Source: a virus (lineage: Duplodnaviria; Caudoviricetes). Taken from it: DNA of 26,701 nucleotides. A program made the position numbers and the translations under genes. The DNA is taken from IMG/VR virus record IMGVR_UViG_3300046777_000875, positions 1-26,701 of that record; one strand, written 5' to 3'. The notes under the pieces are model-generated. The model was not told the origin of the DNA and searched no databases. It saw only the letters and a program-made list of their open reading frames with translations. The stretch's first letter is position 1; every line of letters starts with the position of its first letter. Below, one piece after another: positions 8,111 to 15,361 of this stretch.

Positions 8111-11100
8111 ATGCCTAGTTTGCTAGAGATCTTAAATGATCCTAACTACGTCAATGCAAACGAGGCTACTAAGGAAGCAATATTTAATAAGTACTCAGCA
8201 CAGGACAAAAACTACACGGATGCAAACGACGCAACCAAAGAAGCTATTCGTAATAAGTTTGGTATTGGGGCACCTGCAGCCGTAGCCAAGCCAGAACCAA
8301 CTAAAGACACCGGCATATTTAGTATGGCTGGTCGTGCCCTTGCTCGTGGAGCTAAACAAACAGGGTCTTTACTTGGTGACGTATTACCAGCCATGGCAGC
8401 AAGTGCCGTTGGAGCCGACGAGTATGCAGCTCGTCAAATGGCAGAAGCTGCTGAAACACAAAAAGAAATTGAGCAAAAGTATGGTGCTCGTTACAAATCC
8501 CTAGAAGATGTAAAAGGCATTGGTGACTACCTACCGTTTGCTTTAGAAACAGCCTTAGAACAAGTACCCGGTATGGCTACGGCTTTGGTACCTGGTGCTG
8601 GACTTGGTGCGGTCGGTGGGCGTATGGCTGCTACCGCAGCTGCTAAAAAATTAGCTGAACGTGAAGCTGCTACACAAGCTGGCGCTAGATATGCAGGTAT
8701 GAAGACTGCTGAAGGTGCTATGCGTGGTCAGATTGGTGGTGCGTTCCTTGGTTCTTATGCACTTAACGCTCCTGAAGTTTTTCAAAATATATTCGAGGAA
8801 ACTGGTGGGCAAATGGAACCAGCCGCCGCTGCCTTAGCAGGATCAATTTCTGCAGCCTTGGATTCAATCTTACCCGTAGCCATACTTAGACAGCTAGGAC
8901 CAAACGTCAAAGCCGGCGTTGTTGAGAACTTACTTGAGAAGTCTGGCATGCCATCGCCACTGGCTAGAAAAGTAGTCGGTGCTACCGTAACAGGCGCAGG
9001 TACTGAAGGTTTAACTGAGGGCGCACAAGAAGCAATTAGTATTGCAGCCGAGAAGTTTGTCCAAGAAAACCCAGAAGTCTGGGGTAGCAAAGAGTTCAAC
9101 CGACTCATTGAATCGTCTGTACGTGGTGCAGTAGGTGGTGGTGCATTTGGTGCAGCCGGTGCCGGTGCCGGAGCATACTTAGAAGGGCGTCGTGAAAGAT
9201 TAGAGCAACGACAACTTGATGCCGACCGTAGAGAAATTATAGCTGGGGATTTAGCAACTCAACTTGGTAGGGACCCTACTGAAGAAGAAATAGACACTGT
9301 TGTAGCGGCTACCAATAGAGCTCGTAAGGAGATGCAAGATGAAAGCACATCAATTGACACCAGAACAAGTGAGCCTAGCGTTTCAGTATCTAGCCAAGAA
9401 GAACTCGGAAAAGGTCCAGTTGACACCGGAGCTCCAGAACTTACCGAGACAGACCTGGATAGAATTAACCGACTTGCTGCAGATGCTGGAGTACGAGAAG
9501 AAGATGTCTACGATCAATTAAAGAAAGACGAACAACAAAAAGCAGAAGGGACTGTATTAACTCCTGACGCTGAAACATTATTAAAAAGCGTAGAAGCTGG
9601 TGGCACACCAGCCATGATGACCAACAATCTTAAACGGATTGCAAAAGAAAACGGCATTGAGGTCACAGCAAAGGATACACCAAACTCGGTAATAGAAAAA
9701 TTACAGGCTTTAAAAACAACTCCTGCAAAAACACCAAGTAACGTTGTTGACTTTAATAAATTTAGGGCTGAAAAAGAAAGCGCCATATCTAGAGCTGCTC
9801 CTGAAATTATGGAGTCATTGGGTATTCAACTTGATAAATTACAGCAACTATACGATCAAAATTTAATTACAAATGCAGATCTTTTAGAGTTAAAACAGTC
9901 TTTTGAAAAATATGACAATGACGCATTAATGGCAATTAGTATTATTAAGAAAAAAGTTGATAGCGTTACCAAAAAACCAGAGTTAAAAGCTGCTGCAGCT
10001 AAAAAGACAAAACAACCAGTAGACACATCCGGGGTAAAAGATTTAGTTGAGGGTAAGACCAGAACGTTCCAAGGTTACACAATCTACAAACGCAAAGAAG
10101 ATCCAGATTTTTGGTATGTTCAAAGCCCAGAAAATAAGGCCGCTAACAAAATTGGTGCAGGTGATGAAGTAAGTACTAATTTAGATACTGCTAAAAGTAA
10201 AGTAGAACAATATGGTATAGACGCACAATCTGTGTCTAAACCTAGGTTAAGTAAAAAAGCTGAAGCTGAAGCAAGAAAAAAAGCAGAGGCTGATGAAGAC
10301 GAAATGTTTAATCAGTTGGCTGCTGCTGAAAGCAAAAAAGGTCCAACGCAGTTAAACGCTGAACAAGTTAGCAAACAACTTGTAAGCCCATCATTTGCGC
10401 CACTAACAGCAGAAACTTCTGAATTCTTTGCAAAGTCCAAAGTAAGAGATGCAGATGGACGCTTGATACCCTTACTTCACGGTACAAATGCAACGGGCCC
10501 AAAAGGCGAAGGGTTAACTCAAATTAAGTTAAGTAAAGAAGGTTCTTTAGGTGGGGGTATTTACTTAACACCTATTCCACTTATTGCAAATAACTACACT
10601 GGTATTCCTACCCCTGAAGCAATAGACGCTTTAGAAGTTGAAGGTAGAACACCACAAGAAGTTATAGATAAATTAAGAGCAATGTATAAAACGGGGGAGC
10701 TAGCCCCGGCGCAAGTTGGTGGAAACGTCATACCAGTATTTGTAGACATACAAAACCCATTAGTTATTAATACTACGGATAGACGTTTTGACCCAGCAGT
10801 AGACTTATTGGTAGCGCTCGATGTGCCTAGAGACAAAGCAGAAACCATAGTTGAAAAAGCTCAGGAAGATAAAGGCGGCATTACTAAAGAAATAATGACC
10901 AGAGCTCGAGCTAAGGGTTATGACGGCATACTTCAATATAGAGACGGCGAACTTGCAGAAGTAGTTGCGTTTAGTCCAAGTCAGGTTAAGTCAGTATTTA
11001 ATAAAGACCCATCACGACTTCCCGAACTATTAAATGCGTTTGATCGGGCTGAAAATACTAGCCCTAAAAAAGAGCAAGTGTCTTTAAACGATCCATTATT

Positions 11101-14100
11101 TAGCCCAGCGCACCCAACTGTTACAAAAGCAATTGCCAATAATGATGTACAAGGTGCCTTGCGTGCACTTAAAAATACGGCTGGTAAATTCCTAGCTGGT
11201 CTAGCCGACCGGTTAATGCAGTTAAATTTAAACACAGTCGTCGGCTTTGATGACCTGCATTATGACCTGTCAATTAAGAGCTTGGACCGTGTAAAAGGTC
11301 AAAAGACCAGAATCCTTAACTGGCTCCAACAAGTTAAACCTGCTGTTTACGCTTCTCGTTTTGACGAATCCAAGATGAAGATGCCGGTCACAGAGACCCT
11401 AAAAGCCTTTGAAGACTTTAGAGACGGCAAATTGGGTATTGATCCCAAGATGTTCAAAGAGGATTTGGAAGACATTATTAAGGTTTACGACAATGCCGTA
11501 ACTTCGTTGAACGCACCCGGCACGTACTTTATGGACGATAACGCCATTGGGCTTAGCTTAACCAGAGGCGGCAACTCTAACTACGCCATAGCACACGAGT
11601 TTACCCATTCTGCAACGCACTGGGCAATTGACCATTCAGACGAACTCAACCCCAAGCAACGCCTAGCGCTAGCTAATTTATACCGTTTGTTTAGGTACGC
11701 TAAAAAACACACCAAGAACCCAGCTGCTTATGGATACAACAACTTACACGAGTTTGTAGCCGAGGCGTTTAGCCGACCATCATTTCAAAATGAACTGCGC
11801 CAAATGCAAAGAGTCATGGACACCGACATGTCCGCTTGGTCCAAGTTTATTCAATTAGTTGCTCAGTTGTTTGGAGTCGACAATGTATTATTTCACACGC
11901 TAGCAAACGCAGACGTATTGTTCTCAGCCAATAGCGGCAGCGCTACTAACAAAGGTCCTGGATTATTATGGGCGCCAAGTAGGTATAGCGTGCGTAATGG
12001 TACGTTCAAACTCAATCCCGGCGAACGTATAGGCTTTATAGACAAGGCTATTCAGTTGCGTAAAAACTGGAAGAGCGTCGATAAAAGCAATCTTAAAAAC
12101 TTCTTTGGTAGCCTAAACAACCAATATCGCCGGTATTTACTGGGTGCACTAACAGTAGACCAATTAGCCGACATATACGGCTCAGACATGCCTCAGCTTA
12201 AAGCATATGTAAAAGAAGTTGACGCTATGCTAGCTACTCGCAACGCAATCTTAAAAGAAGGTGCACCAATCATCGGGCGCTGGAGTAATTTACTGCAAAG
12301 CAACCCAGAAAAAGCCAAACAATTAGGGCAGGTAATGATTGAGTCTACGCTTGAGAAAATGGACCCATCCATTCTAGACCCTCAATTACAACAAATACTT
12401 AGCAAAAAAGACCTACCTGAACTGTTAGCAAAATACGATAGCTCTAGCTTAAAAGACGCATGGCGTGAAATGAGTAGCGGCAAAGACGGCGATGTTGCTG
12501 TTGAGATATACAAGCAAGTACGTAACTTCTACGAGCGCCGTATGAACGAGTACATCCAAGTCCAAGAAGCTAGGATTAGGGAAGCTGGTTTAGCTAAGAG
12601 CATGACGCCACAAGAGATTGACGCCAAAGTACGTGCCTTTAGAGCCGAGATTGAAGAAAGCATTATCAGACCGTACTTCCCAATCAAGCGTTTTGGCGAC
12701 TACTTCTTAATGGTTGGTAGAGGCAGAAACAAGATTTTCATGCAGTTTGAGGATGCTTTTGCCCGTGATGCTGAGTTAGAAAAGCAAAGAGCACGTTTAC
12801 TTAAGACGCAAGTCAAAGACAAAGACACTGGTGAAACAAGGACATACACCGAAGAAGAGGCTGCTGCAGAACTGTGGCCTGGTCAAGGGTTTAATGAAGT
12901 TCTTAACCAAAAGCTAAACGAAGTAACTCAGCTTAATAAAATCAAGGCTTTAGTTGACGAGACCACTGAAGACATTTTAAAAAGCACTGACCCACAGATC
13001 ATGCAGGATAGAGTTGCTGCAATGCAAGAGCAGTTAAAAGACGCTTTTGGTCAATACTATTTAGAGCTATTGCCTTCTGAAAGTATTAAGAAAATGTTCT
13101 TGCACCGTCAGAACGTAGCTGGTCCTAGCCAAGATATGCTTCGTGCGTTTAGCTTGTCCTATGAGCGTATTGCGTATCAACGTGCTCGTTTCCAGCACAT
13201 GCCAAGCCTATTTAATATTGTTGAGGCAGCAAAACTACGCTCTATGAGTATGCCGACAACTGAAGAAAAAGCAGTTTACGGCGACGTAGCTAACGAGCTT
13301 GCTAAGCAATTTAAGAGCGGCGTTCTTGAACCACCCAAGCATTCGAAGCTAACAACGTTCTTAACGCACTTTGGATTCCTAAACTTCCTAACGTCTCCAG
13401 CTTCAGCAGTAGTTAATATGATGGCTATACCTGGACTGTACATACCGGTAGCTGGGTCAAGATATGGCGGTGTTAAGCGTGTCGGCACGGTAGTCTCTAA
13501 ATATGTACGCATGTTAGGCGGTACTGGATACATAAACGAGGAAACCAATAGATACGAGTTTTTATCTTTGGCACGTGCTAACTTACAGACACTAACTGAC
13601 GTAAATACTAGGGATGGCGCTAACAAAATTAACTTACCAAAAGGTAAAACACTAGCCGATGTATATACAGCTGGCGTAAACAGGGGTGCAATTGATACTA
13701 CTTTGGTACATGACTCAGTAAGTATTGGCGAAAGCCCTTCAGAAGATTACACCGGTAGATGGCAGAAGTTTATGTACTACGCTAGCTTGCCGTTCCATGC
13801 TGCTGAGAAGTTTAACCGTGAAGTTTCATACATGACTTCTTTTGAGTTGGCTTACGAGAAAAACATAACCGACAAGAAGATGACGCCGGAAGCAGCCTTT
13901 GAAGCCGCTTTGGATCAGGCACGGGATCTTACCCAAGAGACCATGTTTAACTACAACAGTACAAACAAACCACGTTACTTCCGTGGCAATATTTCCAACG
14001 TATTACTGCAGTTCAAGTTATACCCGCAGCATATGTGCGTGCTTATGTTCCGTACGTTCCAAAAAGGCTTTATGGACGGGGAAAAAGCTGAGCTTGACGC

Positions 14101-15082
14101 AATTAGGGCGCAGCTACAAAACGCTCCAGAAGATGTGCTTAACAAAGCTTTGGCTGACAAACGGGCTGAACTAGCTGGGATAAAGAAAGAAGCACGGGAT
14201 GCGTTCTTGGGTATGATGGGTATGTCTTTCCTAACTGCCGGCATGACTGGCATGCCTTTGTGGTTCATTTTCTCAGGTGTGGCGTCAGCTTTCCATGCTG
14301 TATTTGGGGACGACGACGAGCCATTTGACGCAGACAACTGGTTTAAGAACTGGGCTAATAGAACATTTGGTGGCTTTGCCGGGGACACAATATCCAGAGG
14401 CTTACTATCCCAAGTAACCGGCATGAACTTTGCCGACCGTATGAACCTTAACTTGCCAGATATGTGGTTCCCAGATGTGCGTAAGAGCCAGAGCGAGGTA
14501 GATTACGTCCAAAACATGTTTATTAACACTTTGGGCCCTTCTTTAGGTGCACTGCTGGTTAGCTACCCAGAAGCCGTAAAACGCTTTAATGATGGGCATA
14601 CAGAGCGTGCCGTTGAAGCGCTAATGCCTGCTGGTATTAAGAACGTTATGGTTGGTACTAGATACATGGTTGAGGGGCAAGCGTTAACCCTTAAGGGTAA
14701 TACTTTAGTAGAAGATATTAGCGCCCGTGAAGCTTTGTCTCAGATGCTTGGCTTCTCACCAGAACGAGTTGCACAAAAGCAACAAGCTGCATTTGCCACA
14801 AAGAACGCTAACGAAACCATAATGAACAGACGCACCGATTTACTCAACGCTTTCTTTATTGCGGTAGATACCGGCGATGCAAACATGATGGCTAAGGTAA
14901 TAGACAAAATGATAGCGTTTAGCCAAACTAACCCAGGCGTTGCCATAGACCCAGACAAATTGGTCGATTCAATTGAAAAACGTTACAAAGACCGAGCTCT
15001 TGCAAATATGACAGGCGGTATGGGACTAAATAAAAACTTAATCCCTCAGTTGTTGCCGATGCTTGAATACGGCGAACGATAA
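8111..15082 (+). CDS. Large polyvalent ejection protein (ART-PolyVal-like ADP-ribosyltransferase, zincin metallopeptidase, PLxRFG-like domain)
   Basis: 2323 aa, last gene of the late operon. ART motifs SKVRDADGRLIPLLHGT / GGGIYLT / GNVIPVFVDIQNP / GYDGI / EVVAFSPSQVKS at about 10418-11002. HEFTH at 11594-11608 and HEFVAEAF at 11747-11770. PYFPIKRFGDY at 12671-12703. Confidence 0.85.
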   Translation: MPSLLEILNDPNYVNANEATKEAIFNKYSAQDKNYTDANDATKEAIRNKFGIGAPAAVAKPEPTKDTGIFSMAGRALARGAKQTGSLLGDVLPAMAASAVGADEYAARQMAEAAETQKEIEQKYGARYKSLEDVKGIGDYLPFALETALEQVPGMATALVPGAGLGAVGGRMAATAAAKKLAEREAATQAGARYAGMKTAEGAMRGQIGGAFLGSYALNAPEVFQNIFEETGGQMEPAAAALAGSISAALDSILPVAILRQLGPNVKAGVVENLLEKSGMPSPLARKVVGATVTGAGTEGLTEGAQEAISIAAEKFVQENPEVWGSKEFNRLIESSVRGAVGGGAFGAAGAGAGAYLEGRRERLEQRQLDADRREIIAGDLATQLGRDPTEEEIDTVVAATNRARKEMQDESTSIDTRTSEPSVSVSSQEELGKGPVDTGAPELTETDLDRINRLAADAGVREEDVYDQLKKDEQQKAEGTVLTPDAETLLKSVEAGGTPAMMTNNLKRIAKENGIEVTAKDTPNSVIEKLQALKTTPAKTPSNVVDFNKFRAEKESAISRAAPEIMESLGIQLDKLQQLYDQNLITNADLLELKQSFEKYDNDALMAISIIKKKVDSVTKKPELKAAAAKKTKQPVDTSGVKDLVEGKTRTFQGYTIYKRKEDPDFWYVQSPENKAANKIGAGDEVSTNLDTAKSKVEQYGIDAQSVSKPRLSKKAEAEARKKAEADEDEMFNQLAAAESKKGPTQLNAEQVSKQLVSPSFAPLTAETSEFFAKSKVRDADGRLIPLLHGTNATGPKGEGLTQIKLSKEGSLGGGIYLTPIPLIANNYTGIPTPEAIDALEVEGRTPQEVIDKLRAMYKTGELAPAQVGGNVIPVFVDIQNPLVINTTDRRFDPAVDLLVALDVPRDKAETIVEKAQEDKGGITKEIMTRARAKGYDGILQYRDGELAEVVAFSPSQVKSVFNKDPSRLPELLNAFDRAENTSPKKEQVSLNDPLFSPAHPTVTKAIANNDVQGALRALKNTAGKFLAGLADRLMQLNLNTVVGFDDLHYDLSIKSLDRVKGQKTRILNWLQQVKPAVYASRFDESKMKMPVTETLKAFEDFRDGKLGIDPKMFKEDLEDIIKVYDNAVTSLNAPGTYFMDDNAIGLSLTRGGNSNYAIAHEFTHSATHWAIDHSDELNPKQRLALANLYRLFRYAKKHTKNPAAYGYNNLHEFVAEAFSRPSFQNELRQMQRVMDTDMSAWSKFIQLVAQLFGVDNVLFHTLANADVLFSANSGSATNKGPGLLWAPSRYSVRNGTFKLNPGERIGFIDKAIQLRKNWKSVDKSNLKNFFGSLNNQYRRYLLGALTVDQLADIYGSDMPQLKAYVKEVDAMLATRNAILKEGAPIIGRWSNLLQSNPEKAKQLGQVMIESTLEKMDPSILDPQLQQILSKKDLPELLAKYDSSSLKDAWREMSSGKDGDVAVEIYKQVRNFYERRMNEYIQVQEARIREAGLAKSMTPQEIDAKVRAFRAEIEESIIRPYFPIKRFGDYFLMVGRGRNKIFMQFEDAFARDAELEKQRARLLKTQVKDKDTGETRTYTEEEAAAELWPGQGFNEVLNQKLNEVTQLNKIKALVDETTEDILKSTDPQIMQDRVAAMQEQLKDAFGQYYLELLPSESIKKMFLHRQNVAGPSQDMLRAFSLSYERIAYQRARFQHMPSLFNIVEAAKLRSMSMPTTEEKAVYGDVANELAKQFKSGVLEPPKHSKLTTFLTHFGFLNFLTSPASAVVNMMAIPGLYIPVAGSRYGGVKRVGTVVSKYVRMLGGTGYINEETNRYEFLSLARANLQTLTDVNTRDGANKINLPKGKTLADVYTAGVNRGAIDTTLVHDSVSIGESPSEDYTGRWQKFMYYASLPFHAAEKFNREVSYMTSFELAYEKNITDKKMTPEAAFEAALDQARDLTQETMFNYNSTNKPRYFRGNISNVLLQFKLYPQHMCVLMFRTFQKGFMDGEKAELDAIRAQLQNAPEDVLNKALADKRAELAGIKKEARDAFLGMMGMSFLTAGMTGMPLWFIFSGVASAFHAVFGDDDEPFDADNWFKNWANRTFGGFAGDTISRGLLSQVTGMNFADRMNLNLPDMWFPDVRKSQSEVDYVQNMFINTLGPSLGALLVSYPEAVKRFNDGHTERAVEALMPAGIKNVMVGTRYMVEGQALTLKGNTLVEDISAREALSQMLGFSPERVAQKQQAAFATKNANETIMNRRTDLLNAFFIAVDTGDANMMAKVIDKMIAFSQTNPGVAIDPDKLVDSIEKRYKDRALANMTGGMGLNKNLIPQLLPMLEYGER
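8144..8260 (+). repeat. Two-copy intragenic tandem repeat (22-aa period) at the N-terminus of the polyvalent protein
   Basis: NYVNANEATKEAIFNKY (8144-8194) and NYTDANDATKEAIRNKF (8210-8260), 66 nt apart. Confidence 0.85.
9339..9521 (+). CDS. Nested out-of-frame (+1) small helical protein, 60 aa, inside the polyvalent gene
   Basis: TAAGGAG at 9325-9331, 7-nt spacer, ATG 9339, TAA 9519-9521. Product MKAHQLTPEQVSLAFQYLAKKNSEKVQLTPELQNLPRQTWIELTDLLQMLEYEKKMSTIN has amphipathic helical periodicity, while the host frame here reads as an acidic linker. Confidence 0.6.
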   Translation: MKAHQLTPEQVSLAFQYLAKKNSEKVQLTPELQNLPRQTWIELTDLLQMLEYEKKMSTIN

Positions 15083-15106
15083 AAAAACCCCGCCGAGGGG
15101 CGGGGT
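15081..15106 (-). terminator. Rho-independent terminator for - strand transcription
   Basis: Perfect 8-bp stem ACCCCGCC (15087-15094) / GGCGGGGT (15099-15106) with a 4-nt loop. The A-run at 15081-15087 gives a U-tract on the - strand. There is no U-tract after the stem on the + strand. Confidence 0.88.
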
Positions 15107-15154
15107 GTCAAGTTAATACCTAAAGGAAATGTAGTCAAAACCCTTGGCTACAAC
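15081..15154 (-). ncRNA. Candidate trans-acting antisense sRNA (or 3'-UTR element) with anti-RBS seed
   Basis: The - strand reads GUUGUAGCCAAGGGUUUUGACUACAUUUCCUUUAGGUAUUAACUUGACACCCCGCCCCUCGGCGGGGUUUUUUU: imperfect 5' hairpin, unpaired UUCCUUUAGGU, then terminator. The seed is complementary to the RBS at 19709-19719 (- strand mRNA). Confidence 0.5.
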
Positions 15155-15157
15155 GGC

Positions 15158-15187
15158 ATGATACTACTTTATCCGCCATACTCGCAA
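15158..15187 (-). promoter_or_regulatory. Putative sigma70 promoter for the candidate sRNA
   Basis: - strand TTGCGA (15187-15182), 18 nt spacer, TATCAT (15163-15158). It is embedded in the 3' end of the upstream small gene. Confidence 0.4.
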
Positions 15188-15361
15188 CCCGGTAATACCT
15201 TTCTCTATAACAACCTGGGTTTTTACTTTGAATTTAAGGCGTTTGGCGGTCCGTTTAATTTGTTCCAAAGCATGGCTGTGGTCTAAGCACGGTATAAAAA
15301 ACGACGAGCCGACCACAAAATTACGCCAATTAACTCTGAAGCTCAGACCGTGGATCAACAT
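15164..15361 (-). CDS. Small basic hypothetical protein (65 aa)
   Basis: MLIHGLSFRVNWRNFVVGSSFFIPC...GITGLRVWRIK. Start re-assigned to ATG 15361. It overlaps the primase 3' end by 32 nt. The GxSFFIP and GxRVWR patterns recall small phage nucleic-acid-binding proteins. Confidence 0.65.
   Translation of the reverse strand: MLIHGLSFRVNWRNFVVGSSFFIPCLDHSHALEQIKRTAKRLKFKVKTQVVIEKGITGLRVWRIK

Noticed and set aside
15106-15111. TTGACA on the - strand as a -35 box firing antisense into the giant gene
   Set aside because: No -10-like hexamer 16-18 nt downstream; that position falls in the terminator U-tract.
15123-15134. AAGGA followed by ATG-TAG (start-stop mini-ORF) on the + strand
   Set aside because: The SD-to-ATG spacing is only 1 nt. 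The sequence is better explained as the reverse complement of the anti-RBS seed and hairpin of the - strand RNA.
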